Below are positions 18,385 to 27,252 of a stretch of 64,000 nt of DNA, in pieces (positions within the stretch are counted from its first letter, which is position 1; the number at the start of each line of letters is the position of its first letter). This DNA comes from a virus. The stretch lies in IMG/VR virus record IMGVR_UViG_3300030943_000008, positions 5,875 to 69,874 of that record; one strand, given 5' to 3'. Made by a program: the position numbers and the translations under genes. Below the pieces are notes generated by a model. That model worked only from the letters and a program-made list of their open reading frames with translations. It was not told the DNA's origin and made no database searches.

Positions 18385-18412
18385 TTGCGTATCGGGGAAA
18401 ATTTGCCATTCT
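18385..18412 (+). promoter_or_regulatory. Sigma70-like promoter with operator-like site
   Basis: TTGCGT-N16-CATTCT containing GGGAAAATTTGCCA (18395-18408). Confidence 0.45.
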
Positions 18413-18465
18413 GAATTTGTTCAACAGGGCGCCGATACAGCCCGCCAGCGAAAGCGGATAGAACT

Positions 18466-18666
18466 ATGATCGACCAATCCCCCAAAGCAAAAATTGTGAC
18501 GTTTGAAGGCCACGAGATCACGCCGCTGATCCGCATCACCGTCTTGGCCGGTCAGACCTTCCGAGGCGTGAAGCATTTCGCTGAACGGTCCTATGACGTG
18601 GCCCCGTCGCTGGCGGCGCATGTGGTCGCCAAAGGTTCGGCGCGCATCGAGAAGGAGATTCTGTGA
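18466..18666 (+). CDS. Hypothetical protein
   Basis: 66-aa ORF after the promoter. Confidence 0.5.
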   Translation: MIDQSPKAKIVTFEGHEITPLIRITVLAGQTFRGVKHFAERSYDVAPSLAAHVVAKGSARIEKEIL

Positions 18667-18947
18667 TGGCCCGCATGACTGAAAAGCAAAAAAGATTTCG
18701 GCGCGCGATTGATCAGAGTACCGCAGCAGACCGGCTGATGTGGATTATCAAAAGGGCTTCCACCTATCGTTTTGATCGGGAGGACATGTTGCTGGCCCAC
18801 TTCGAGTTGTCATACGACTGGGCGCATGAGGAAAACGCTGACGTCGACTTTTATCTTCGGCACGCGGCTACCATAAAGCCGACCCCCGATAGCGTTGCAG
18901 CCAGGATCATCGCTGCGCGCGCGGTATCTGTTGCGGAGGTTGCGTAA
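18663..18947 (+). CDS. Hypothetical protein
   Basis: RBS AAGGAG; coupled. Confidence 0.55.
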   Translation: MMARMTEKQKRFRRAIDQSTAADRLMWIIKRASTYRFDREDMLLAHFELSYDWAHEENADVDFYLRHAATIKPTPDSVAARIIAARAVSVAEVA

Positions 18948-19216
18948 TGTCAGCCTTCAGCAACGACCTACTGATCGACCAGCAGACCGGCGAGCTGGAT
19001 CTGGATTATATCCTGCAACAGGCCAGCGCCCGTGCGCGCGCTGACCGTGATGGTAACGATCCGCCGCTGCAGTGGATTCGATCGCACTACCTCGAACTGT
19101 GCGATCGTGGGGCCATTCTGCGCCGGCGCTGGCGAGCCGCGCACGGCCTGCCCGACGACACCAAATACGTGACCGTGCAGATGCCCGCTTGGGGTGCCTC
19201 GGGCGATGTATTCTGA
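18947..19216 (+). CDS. Hypothetical protein
   Basis: RBS GGAGG; TAATG coupling. Confidence 0.6.
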   Translation: MSAFSNDLLIDQQTGELDLDYILQQASARARADRDGNDPPLQWIRSHYLELCDRGAILRRRWRAAHGLPDDTKYVTVQMPAWGASGDVF

Positions 19217-19228
19217 AAAGGAAAACAC

Positions 19229-19501
19229 ATGACTGTCGACGAACTGCGCGCGATCCATGATGAACTTGGGCTTGGCGTGAAGCTATTCGCCCGCGCGATC
19301 GGCATGACGGGCAACAGCGGGACGGTGGGCCGCAAACTGCGCCGCATCATGATCAGCGAACAGGATGTCCCGCACGGAATAGCCAACGGAGCGCATGCCG
19401 CGCTCCGCCTTCATCGGAAAAAGGAGAAAAACCATGGACCACAAACTGAAGATCGAACTGGCGGCGCCGAACTTCTTCGCGATCCCGCTGTCGAAAGTTG
19501 A
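19229..19501 (+). CDS. HTH (XRE-like) protein
   Basis: MTVDELRAIHDELGLG..FARAIG. Confidence 0.65.
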   Translation: MTVDELRAIHDELGLGVKLFARAIGMTGNSGTVGRKLRRIMISEQDVPHGIANGAHAALRLHRKKEKNHGPQTEDRTGGAELLRDPAVES

Positions 19502-19664
19502 GATCGAAAATGAACCTGGCACCGGCCGCACATATTTTCTGTTCAAGGGCGCTATCGTTGCGGTCGCGCGGCTTGCCGGAGACGCGGCGGCAGAACTTCC
19601 TGAAGCTTCTGCGGTTGCGGCCGGCCACCGGCTCTCATCTCGCGCAGCGCCTGCAGGGCGTTGA
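19434..19664 (+). CDS. Hypothetical protein
   Basis: RBS AAGGAG; overlaps both neighbours. Confidence 0.45.
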   Translation: MDHKLKIELAAPNFFAIPLSKVEIENEPGTGRTYFLFKGAIVAVARLAGDAAAELPEASAVAAGHRLSSRAAPAGR

Positions 19665-19950
19665 GCGGGTTCTCCTGCTCGAGCAGCCCGGCACGGACCA
19701 GGGCATCGGCGTAGGAGCCCAGAATCATCCCGACGGCATAGCGGCCCTCGGTGGTCAGTACCGTCAGGCGCGGCCTTGCAGCGCCGAAGGGATGGCCGCG
19801 CAGGAAGCCGGCTTTCATGAGGGCGGCGCGCACATGCTGGGTCTGATCTGTGGTGACGTCGAGCGCAGCGTCAATATGGGCGATCAGCATCTCGCGCTGG
19901 GCCGGGGAAAGCAGTCTCACTACGGCTTCGGAAGGCATTTGCGTCTCCAC
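19552..19950 (-). CDS. Hypothetical protein, possibly winged helix
   Basis: LSPAQREML...ALMKAGFL...LTTEGR pattern. Confidence 0.6.
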   Translation of the reverse strand: METQMPSEAVVRLLSPAQREMLIAHIDAALDVTTDQTQHVRAALMKAGFLRGHPFGAARPRLTVLTTEGRYAVGMILGSYADALVRAGLLEQENPLNALQALREMRAGGRPQPQKLQEVLPPRLRQAARPQR

Positions 19951-19984
19951 TGATCAATTTGTGAGACAGCTATAGCAAAATAAA

Positions 19985-20013
19985 TTGGCTTTGGGGAAAA
20001 TTTTCTATATAAT
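19985..20013 (+). promoter_or_regulatory. Sigma70-like promoter with operator-like site
   Basis: TTGGCT-N17-TATAAT with GGGAAAATTTTCTA in the spacer. Confidence 0.65.
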
Positions 20014-20150
20014 CGCGACAGACAGCCAGCAGATGCAATGAGCGAATCTTGACCCCCACCCGCCGCATGGCGCGGCATAGGAGATGACACGGTGAACGAC
20101 AATTTCGAAGGCGACCGATACGCGCGCTGATCAGTAAGGAGCGCTGAGCT

Positions 20151-20342
20151 ATGGACGAGATTCAAGAAGCTATCGAACAGGCGGCCGGTGCGGATGATGG
20201 CGCGATCAACCACTTATATTCCGACACGAGGACAACGCCATCACCCCGCCGGATATCTGGCGCCCGCGAAGTTATAAAGCGGTTTCTGCAAAACGTTCCG
20301 GAACACTTGACGGTTTCGGATTTATTGAACGCAATCGAATAA
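20151..20342 (+). CDS. Hypothetical protein
   Basis: RBS AAGGAG. Confidence 0.6.
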   Translation: MDEIQEAIEQAAGADDGAINHLYSDTRTTPSPRRISGAREVIKRFLQNVPEHLTVSDLLNAIE

Positions 20343-20353
20343 AGGAGAACAAC

Positions 20354-20590
20354 ATGAGTTACGAGGCATGGGGCGACGGAGACGACGGTCTGGACGGCTA
20401 CGTCACCAACGAGGTTGCAGAAGAACGATTCATTGCCGGAGCGCAAGCGATGCGCGAGATGCTGGCGCGGTTTGTTGAGCAAGGCGGCGACAGAACGACG
20501 GCCAACTCGATCCGCCTGAACTGGCATCCCGACTGGGGAGATGATCCCGGCAAGCTCAATGGCGACATTCCGCGCGACTGCTGGTCCTGA
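20354..20590 (+). CDS. Hypothetical protein
   Basis: RBS AAGGAG. Confidence 0.65.
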   Translation: MSYEAWGDGDDGLDGYVTNEVAEERFIAGAQAMREMLARFVEQGGDRTTANSIRLNWHPDWGDDPGKLNGDIPRDCWS

Positions 20591-20604
20591 TACCCACTCC
20601 GAGA

Positions 20605-20823
20605 ATGATGATGACGCACCCGATGTCTATGCCGTGGCTAGACTGGCGCTCAATAAAAGACGAGCCGCACAACTACGATGTGATCCTATACCTTGACGCC
20701 GATGGCGTAGCTTGGACAGGCAACCACCCTGAAGGATGCGCTCGCGGCATGTGGGCCAAGGATGGCGGCGGTTCGTCGGAGTTTCGCGAACCGATAATGT
20801 GGGCTGAGATCCCACTTCCTTAG
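20605..20823 (+). CDS. DUF551-like small protein
   Basis: WRSIKDEP...PIMWAEIPLP pattern. Confidence 0.5.
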   Translation: MMMTHPMSMPWLDWRSIKDEPHNYDVILYLDADGVAWTGNHPEGCARGMWAKDGGGSSEFREPIMWAEIPLP

Positions 20824-21006
20824 TCGTAACCGGAGACATCAGATGCATTGGATCATTGAGCCGGGACACCCAGAGAAAACACGAGCCAGGATCTGCGCAA
20901 TAATTCTTTCTTTCGCACCGCTGATCATGGCTGGAGTACTATACTGGCGTTCGTGACCGAGGATCATTATGAGGTGGCAAGGGCCGCTTTGGCTTCCTGA
21001 CCGCCC

Positions 21007-21036
21007 TTGCCGTTGAGGCAGATTATCCCTTATAGT
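21007..21036 (+). promoter_or_regulatory. Sigma70-like promoter with operator-like site
   Basis: TTGCCG-N18-TATAGT with AGGCAGATTATCCC in the spacer. Confidence 0.5.
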
Positions 21037-21216
21037 GCCCACTGTCGCAAAATTGCTCCGATGACGAACACGGAACCGCAGAACAGGGCAATGGAAACGA
21101 ACTCGGCCAAGTCGAAAATGAAAGCGCGGAACATGGTGGTTCTCCGAGGCTGATGCGGGAACCATAGCCGCAAAGTCTTAAGGCAAAGTTAATCGGTCGA
21201 TTAAAAGGAGATGAAA

Positions 21217-21474
21217 ATGGCGAACACGTTTGAAGGCAAGCCGGATGCCCGGCAGAGCGACAGCACTACCGAGCCGGTTAGCAGATTCCGTCCGGTGTAT
21301 CGGGCGCTGACCGACGAGGAAAAGGCGCTGCATGACGAGATCAAGGCCAAGGCCATTGAAATCGAGGCGCTGTTCGAGCGGACACGCAGTTCGGCTGGCG
21401 GCCGCTATACCGCCTTGGCAATTACCTCTTTAGAACTGTCCGTCATGTGGGCGGTCAAGGCGCTGACGTCATGA
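21217..21474 (+). CDS. Acb2/Tad1-like helical hairpin protein (candidate cyclic-nucleotide sponge)
   Basis: YRALTDEEK..H..IK...GRY.ALAITSLE.SVMWAVKA; RBS AAGGAG. Confidence 0.7.
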   Translation: MANTFEGKPDARQSDSTTEPVSRFRPVYRALTDEEKALHDEIKAKAIEIEALFERTRSSAGGRYTALAITSLELSVMWAVKALTS

Positions 21475-21671
21475 GCGCCGCCTTCATCATTGCCGGCCTG
21501 ATCTTCGCGTTCGGCATTCTGGCGTTCTTCGCCGCGATTGCGGTCTACATGAGCTATCCGGCCCCGAGCGTGCAGGGCGATGCGTCTGCGCCTTGGGTCT
21601 GGCTGATCGGCTGCTGGATACTGGCCGCTATCGTCGCGTCGAGCCATTACTGGCCGCATGTAGCCTGGTGA
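21471..21671 (+). CDS. Two-TM membrane protein
   Basis: Two hydrophobic segments. Confidence 0.6.
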   Translation: MSAAFIIAGLIFAFGILAFFAAIAVYMSYPAPSVQGDASAPWVWLIGCWILAAIVASSHYWPHVAW

Positions 21672-21675
21672 TCCC

Positions 21676-22188
21676 ATGAAAGCCGTCACCGTCCCGAAAA
21701 AGAAACCGAAGCCGCCGACCGGGAACCCAAAGCAAGGGAACACCCGCAAGGGCGTTCCAAACCGCCGGACGTTCGAGGCTGTCGAGAAGGCGCGGATCGA
21801 GGCGGAGAACGCAGCGGCCGGGCATTCCGGTTCCGGCCGTGCCGAGGCGATGAAGAAGAAACTGGGCAAGGACGTGCTCGAGGAGTTCATGCACCTGTTC
21901 GCTGGAATGGCGGCGGCGCATCAGCCGCTCCCGGACGGCATGGCGGTGCCACCGGGCCGTAAGCCGGACGAGGTCAAGTTCCTCGTCTACGCGAAGCTGA
22001 CGGTCGACACCGCCAAGGCGCTGGCCGATTTTCAGAGTCCGAAGTTCAAGGCCATCATGGTCAGCGCGGCGCCGGATCAGCAACCGAACCAGCCCATGCG
22101 GACGGTCGGCGGGGACAACGTGGTTCCGCTCAACGACCCGATCGCGATGGCGCGGGTTTATCAACGGCTGGTGAAGGGGTCGCAGTGA
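21676..22188 (+). CDS. Probable terminase small subunit
   Basis: G..RKGVPNRRT N-terminal motif, AKALADFQSPKF motif; upstream of TerL. Confidence 0.65.
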   Translation: MKAVTVPKKKPKPPTGNPKQGNTRKGVPNRRTFEAVEKARIEAENAAAGHSGSGRAEAMKKKLGKDVLEEFMHLFAGMAAAHQPLPDGMAVPPGRKPDEVKFLVYAKLTVDTAKALADFQSPKFKAIMVSAAPDQQPNQPMRTVGGDNVVPLNDPIAMARVYQRLVKGSQ

Positions 22189-22550
22189 TGTTGTGGCAAT
22201 TTCTGGCGCTTCTCGCCGTTCACTGGTTTGGCGATTTTGTCCTGCAGACGCATTGGCAGGCGACCAACAAGAGCAAGCGGAACGATGCGCTGGCGGCGCA
22301 TGTCACCGTCTATACGCTCGTTCTTTCGTTGGGCGTGGATATTCTTTTTCCGGGCGTGTCGTGGTCGACATGGGGCGGATTTGTGATTGCCAACGGCGCG
22401 CTCCATTTTGTGACGGACTGGCTGACCAGTCGCGCAACTTCCCGGCTGTGGGAGAAGGGCGACATCCATAATTTCTTCGCCATGGTGGGGCTCGACCAGC
22501 TTATCCATCAGGCGACGCTCGCTGGCACGATGGTCTGGTTCTTCCAATGA
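22188..22550 (+). CDS. DUF3307 membrane protein
   Basis: HWFGDFVLQ...H...HFVTD...GLDQLIH. Confidence 0.85.
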   Translation: MLWQFLALLAVHWFGDFVLQTHWQATNKSKRNDALAAHVTVYTLVLSLGVDILFPGVSWSTWGGFVIANGALHFVTDWLTSRATSRLWEKGDIHNFFAMVGLDQLIHQATLAGTMVWFFQ

Positions 22551-22831
22551 AGAAATCCCGTTCCCGCCAAGTCGACGCCACGCTGATCGCGACGCCGCAC
22601 CCGAGAGTGTTGCCGCGGCAGACCCGCGAGCCGCCGCAGTTCGGAACCATCGCCAAGACTTGCGACAACTGCCAGTATTTCGATCCACCGACACCAACCG
22701 CCCGTAACGGGGATTGCCGCAACGGGATATCCGGCCGGTTCACCACGCGCAGAATCGACGGCTGCGCCTATGGGTTCTATCCGTCGATCACGAAGTTCCC
22801 GCTCAAAGCGGGACCAGGGGGAGTCCGATGA
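22547..22831 (+). CDS. Cys-rich hypothetical protein
   Basis: CDNCQYF..GDCR..C. Confidence 0.55.
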   Translation: MKKSRSRQVDATLIATPHPRVLPRQTREPPQFGTIAKTCDNCQYFDPPTPTARNGDCRNGISGRFTTRRIDGCAYGFYPSITKFPLKAGPGGVR

Positions 22832-23082
22832 CAGACGATCCGAGGAAACTCTATGAATACCTCAGTCGCGCTCAACGAGCGCTGGCCGACGAGATACGCA
22901 TCAATCCCGATCGATCGTGGTCGGAAACCCTGATGCCGCGGTATAAGGCATATCTGCGCAAGTTCGGGATGAAGGAAGAGGTCGCGCCGATCGAATCTTG
23001 GTTTGAGGGAAGCATCGAACTCACTGAGGCGGTGCTGCGCAGTGCGGGTTTTGCGGTGTCCGACATCACGGAACCGGCCTGA
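22828..23082 (+). CDS. Hypothetical protein
   Basis: RBS GGGGAG; coupled. Confidence 0.55.
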   Translation: MTDDPRKLYEYLSRAQRALADEIRINPDRSWSETLMPRYKAYLRKFGMKEEVAPIESWFEGSIELTEAVLRSAGFAVSDITEPA

Positions 23083-23327
23083 TGCCCGAGCCACGTTTCA
23101 GCGACAATGGCCTACAGCGCTTCACCCTGGACTGCGCCAGAGGCCGTCCGGGGGCCGCCAGTGAGCGCCATGCCGGCGGGCTGGTCTGGTGGCCCACCAT
23201 CAACTGCGGATCGACCAGCGAGCGGATTCCGACCGATGACGCGCCGTTCCCGACCCAGACGCAGGCCAAGGACGCTGCCCGCGAGTTCAAGCAACGATGC
23301 CGCGACGAATTGGGAGAGACCGAATGA
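23082..23327 (+). CDS. Hypothetical protein
   Basis: Coupled ORF. Confidence 0.5.
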   Translation: MPEPRFSDNGLQRFTLDCARGRPGAASERHAGGLVWWPTINCGSTSERIPTDDAPFPTQTQAKDAAREFKQRCRDELGETE

Positions 23328-23557
23328 TGATGATCCGCTCCATCGCGCTCGCCACCGGCATGATAATGGTCATCCTCATGGGCTACCTGGCCCTGATGTT
23401 GGTCATGAAGCCGATCTGCCCGGCCAATTCCAAGGCCGTCGCCCACCGAGCGGGATGGCGGTGCATCGCCCTGCCGATGCCGTCCGCACGCGTGATCCTG
23501 CCATGGATTCCGTCCGATCAAAGCATCATGCCGGCCCGATGGGTCTGGGGTAGGTAA
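23324..23557 (+). CDS. Small membrane protein
   Basis: N-terminal TM segment; coupled to TerL. Confidence 0.5.
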   Translation: MMMIRSIALATGMIMVILMGYLALMLVMKPICPANSKAVAHRAGWRCIALPMPSARVILPWIPSDQSIMPARWVWGR

Positions 23558-26340
23558 TGCTCCACGCCGATTTCGACTTCAAGAAACCGGACTATGCCAA
23601 GGCGTTCAAGCAGCGGATGGACTTCCTGACGTCGATGCGAAGCGACCCGGCTTCGATCCCCCAGATCAAGGCGTATTACGCGCAGAACCCTGCCGATTTT
23701 ATCAGCGACTTCGGCGTCACCTACGACCCCCGCAATGCCGACATCGGGCTGCCGACGCTGCTGCCGTTCGTGCTTTTCGAGAAGCAGCGGGAATGGATCG
23801 ATTGGGTGCTGGACCGCTGGCGGGCGCGCCGGCCTGGTCTCTGCGAGAAATCACGCGACATGGGCGTGACATGGGAAGCGATTGCGCTGTCCTGCACGCT
23901 GGGCATTTTCACCGATGGCCTGTCGATCGGCTTCGGCTCCCGCAAATCCGAATACGTCGACGAGATCGGCAACATGAAGGCCATCCTGCCGAAGGGCCGG
24001 ATGTTCATGGAGCATCTGCCGGAGGAATTTCGCGGGGGATTCGTGTCGTGGCGAGACGCACCCAAGATGCGGATCACGATTCCTGATACCGGGTCGCTGA
24101 TCTCGGGTGAAGGCGGCGACGACGTCGGCCGCGGCGATCGCAAGGCACAACCGTTGACCGCCAATATTCTCACCCCATTCGGCTGGCGCAAAATGGGAGA
24201 TTTGAAGCCGGGCGATAAGGTGATTGGAAAGAACGGGCGGTCTACCAAAGTCCTGTCGGTTCATCCTCAGGGCGTCGTGCCTCTCTACCGGATAACGTTC
24301 GATGACGGTGCATCCACCGATTGCTGTGACAATCACCTATGGCAGGTCACGACCTATAAGCAGCGCAAAAACGATCGCCGCCGTAAACAGCCGACTGGTG
24401 AACATTCCGTTCTTTCAACAAAGCAAATGGTTGAAGCTGGAATTACGGTGCCTCGCCGTGATGGTCAAAAAGAATATCAATTCCAGATACCGATCTGCGA
24501 TCCCGTCCAATATGCGGAAAAAAAATTACCGCTTCACCCATACCTTCTTGGCGTCCTATTGGGCGACGGATCTATTGCGCACCTATCGCGAACGGCTCCG
24601 GAGGTTACGACTGCGGACGCTGAATTGTTGGTCCATTTGACGGGCGTTCTCCCCGATCACGTTGTCTTGCGTCCGTCTGGAAAACATAAGTGGCGCCTTT
24701 CCGATGTTCGCGGCGCGCGTGGGCGTGGTCATAAATCGGAGATCAGGAAGGCGCTGGATGATCTAGGTTTGGCTGGCGCGAAATCCGGTATGAAATTCAT
24801 CCCGGACATTTACCTGCGGGGTTCGATTGAGCAGCGAGTCGCATTGCTCCGTGGTCTGATTGATACAGACGGATGGATTCGGAATAACGGAAGCACAGGC
24901 TTTGTCTCGACTTCCGATAGATTGGTGAAAGACGTTAAAGAGTTGGTTCAGTCTCTTGGTGGGCTAGCTTATGAGAGCCGCGTCAGGGCTGGTTTGCGTA
25001 GATACCCAAACGGGTATGAAGCCCAATTCGACGGGTGCTCAAATTTAATAATCGCAACGCCGATGTGCCCCGCTCTCTTGTCCCGTAAAGCGGTCAGGTG
25101 GAAGCCGCGAACAGAGATGAAACTGACCCGATCAATTATTGAGATCGTCCCGATAGATCCTGCGTCGGCACAGTGCATCGTCGTCGATGCCGACGATCAC
25201 CTTTATTTGACGGAAGGCCACGTCGTTACGCACAACACCATCTATTTTTTCGACGAGGAAGCGCATCACCCCCGCCAGGACCTAGTCGCGGCCTCGCTAT
25301 CGCAGACCACGAACTGCCTGATCAGCATGTCGTCGGTGCGCGGGATGAACAATCTGTTCGCGCAGAAGCGCTGGGGCGGCAAGATCGACGTGTTCATCTT
25401 CGACTGGCACGACGATCCCCGGAAGGATGACGCCTGGTACGCGCAGCAGTGCGAGGATCTGGACCCGGTCGTCGTCGCGCAGGAGATCGACCGCGACTAT
25501 TCGGCGTCGGTCAGCGGAATTGTAATCCCGGGCGCGTGGGTGCGGAGCTGCATTGATGCGAAGCAGGTCCTTGGAATCGCGCCATCGGGCCGCAAGGGGA
25601 TCGCGTTCGACGTAGCCGACGAAGGCGAGGACAAGAACGCCGTCGTGCATGCCGAGGGAACCGAAATCCTGATGTCGGAGGAATGGAGCGGCAAGGGGTC
25701 CGACATCTTCGCCGAAGTCGAGTATGTGTTCGACCTTTGCGATGATCTGGGGCTGCGCGAGTTCCGGTATGATTCCGACGGCATCGGCGCCGGCGTGCGC
25801 GGCGATGCACGGGTGATCAACGAGCGGCGGACGGCCAACCGGCAGGGCCAGGTGCGCGCCGTGGCCTATCGCGGGTCGGGCGCGGTGATCGAACCCGAGG
25901 GCATCGTCGAGGGCACGATGGGCCGCAACGAGGATGGCGAACAGGGCCGGACCAATCAGGACTATTTCGGGAATCACAAGGCGCAGGCTTGGTGGTCGCT
26001 GCGGAATCGGGTGAAGAAAACCCACCGCTGGGTCCAGTTCGTCAAAAGCGGCGGCAAAGAAGGCGCGATCTGCGCGGCCGACGATATCGTGTCGATCAGC
26101 AGCGCCTGCAAGAATCACATGAAACTGGTGGCGGAACTCAGCCAGGCGACGTTCAAGACCAACGAGGTCGGGAAGATCATCATTCAGAAAAAACCGGCCA
26201 AAAGTAAAATGAAGTCGCCGAACCTGGCCGACGCGGCGGTGATCCACTTCGCCCCGATGGAAACGGTGGGCTTCGACATCGACGCGGGTATTCTGCAGCA
26301 GGTCGCGGCCGCCGGTGGTCGCCATGGACGGAGGCGGTGA
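23557..26340 (+). CDS. terL: Terminase large subunit containing an intein
   Basis: KSRDMGVT Walker A-like, GRGDR, YFFDE Walker B, FDVADEGEDKNA nuclease motif, KSPNLADA. Confidence 0.93.
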   Translation: MLHADFDFKKPDYAKAFKQRMDFLTSMRSDPASIPQIKAYYAQNPADFISDFGVTYDPRNADIGLPTLLPFVLFEKQREWIDWVLDRWRARRPGLCEKSRDMGVTWEAIALSCTLGIFTDGLSIGFGSRKSEYVDEIGNMKAILPKGRMFMEHLPEEFRGGFVSWRDAPKMRITIPDTGSLISGEGGDDVGRGDRKAQPLTANILTPFGWRKMGDLKPGDKVIGKNGRSTKVLSVHPQGVVPLYRITFDDGASTDCCDNHLWQVTTYKQRKNDRRRKQPTGEHSVLSTKQMVEAGITVPRRDGQKEYQFQIPICDPVQYAEKKLPLHPYLLGVLLGDGSIAHLSRTAPEVTTADAELLVHLTGVLPDHVVLRPSGKHKWRLSDVRGARGRGHKSEIRKALDDLGLAGAKSGMKFIPDIYLRGSIEQRVALLRGLIDTDGWIRNNGSTGFVSTSDRLVKDVKELVQSLGGLAYESRVRAGLRRYPNGYEAQFDGCSNLIIATPMCPALLSRKAVRWKPRTEMKLTRSIIEIVPIDPASAQCIVVDADDHLYLTEGHVVTHNTIYFFDEEAHHPRQDLVAASLSQTTNCLISMSSVRGMNNLFAQKRWGGKIDVFIFDWHDDPRKDDAWYAQQCEDLDPVVVAQEIDRDYSASVSGIVIPGAWVRSCIDAKQVLGIAPSGRKGIAFDVADEGEDKNAVVHAEGTEILMSEEWSGKGSDIFAEVEYVFDLCDDLGLREFRYDSDGIGAGVRGDARVINERRTANRQGQVRAVAYRGSGAVIEPEGIVEGTMGRNEDGEQGRTNQDYFGNHKAQAWWSLRNRVKKTHRWVQFVKSGGKEGAICAADDIVSISSACKNHMKLVAELSQATFKTNEVGKIIIQKKPAKSKMKSPNLADAAVIHFAPMETVGFDIDAGILQQVAAAGGRHGRRR
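24145..25236 (+). mobile_element. 364-aa intein with LAGLIDADG homing endonuclease (Ala1, class 3 signature)
   Basis: Starts AQPL..ILTP.GW; HLW in block B; LLGDG and LIDTDG; QCI in block F; ends VTHN followed by Thr; codon usage shifts. Confidence 0.92.
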
Positions 26341-26678
26341 TGAACGGAATTAATAGGCGCGGACAGAAGGTCATCTGTGTTTTGGAAATCGAATTGGCAG
26401 GCGCGGGTGGTTTCGTCTATCCCGGTCCTTATCCGAAAGAAAATCAGGCCTATACGGTCGCTGATTTTATCGATAATGGCGCCCTGCTGATAACCAATAA
26501 TCTCGGACCAGATATTGCGCCAGCCGTGGTGCTTGTCGAAATCCCGTGTCCGCAGGTCAGGAGGCGTCCTGGCAAACTCATCGGCTGGCTGCTCGCCTGC
26601 TTCCGCCCGGCCTTCGAGGGAAAGACCGACATCAGCGTGTTCGCGCCGGCGCCGGTGCGCGAGATGGAGCCGGTTTGA
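26340..26678 (+). CDS. Hypothetical protein
   Basis: Coupled ORF; ends ACFRP...TDISVF. Confidence 0.6.
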   Translation: MNGINRRGQKVICVLEIELAGAGGFVYPGPYPKENQAYTVADFIDNGALLITNNLGPDIAPAVVLVEIPCPQVRRRPGKLIGWLLACFRPAFEGKTDISVFAPAPVREMEPV

Positions 26679-26869
26679 TGGGCGACCTTGTCCGATTCCC
26701 GCAGGAGCGGTGCCGCTGGCCGGCGCCGAGCGACCAGCACGAACCGCCGGCGACCATCATGATCCTGCCGGTGGTGCGGATCGAGCGGAAGCCGATCAGT
26801 CCCAGATCAACTCCGGCGGGACGATCACCGGTGGTGCCGGCGGTGATCCCTGCCGCTGACGGCGCTTGA
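26678..26869 (+). CDS. Hypothetical protein
   Basis: MGDLVRFP...IMILPVVRIER; RBS GGAG. Confidence 0.5.
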   Translation: MGDLVRFPQERCRWPAPSDQHEPPATIMILPVVRIERKPISPRSTPAGRSPVVPAVIPAADGA

Positions 26870-27152
26870 ACACCAAGGGCTGGCCTAGCCCGCGCGCCGA
26901 TCGGGCCCGAGCTCGCCGCTCCGCCCGCGTCATCATCCACCAGCCAGGGTTCGCCGCCATATAGGCCGCCCAGACCTCCGGCATCATGTCGGCCTTGATG
27001 GCGTTGCACTTCGAGCAGCAGATCACTACCGCGCGGCCGCCGCGCGACTGCGGCACTATATGGTCACGGGTCGGCTGCAGCGCGACGCTGCCCAAGTCCA
27101 TCAGGCGCCCGCAATACGGGCATGCCTTTCCGTGGTGGGATTTCCGGTTCAT
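26796..27152 (-). CDS. HNH endonuclease
   Basis: CPYC...TRDHIVPQSRGG...CCSKCNAIK. Confidence 0.85.
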   Translation of the reverse strand: MNRKSHHGKACPYCGRLMDLGSVALQPTRDHIVPQSRGGRAVVICCSKCNAIKADMMPEVWAAYMAANPGWWMMTRAERRARARSARGLGQPLVFKRRQRQGSPPAPPVIVPPELIWD

Positions 27153-27188
27153 TGCCTGGCCAGCATAGCTTGAAAATTATTATCAGGC

Positions 27189-27217
27189 TAGACAATAGGG
27201 CAAACTTTCCCTACAAA
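27189..27217 (+). promoter_or_regulatory. Sigma70-like promoter with palindromic operator
   Basis: TAGACA-N17-TACAAA with TAGGGCAAACTTTCCCTA (27196-27213). Confidence 0.6.
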
Positions 27218-27252
27218 CGGTTCGTCGATCCAGACAGCAAAGGGGAAATAGA

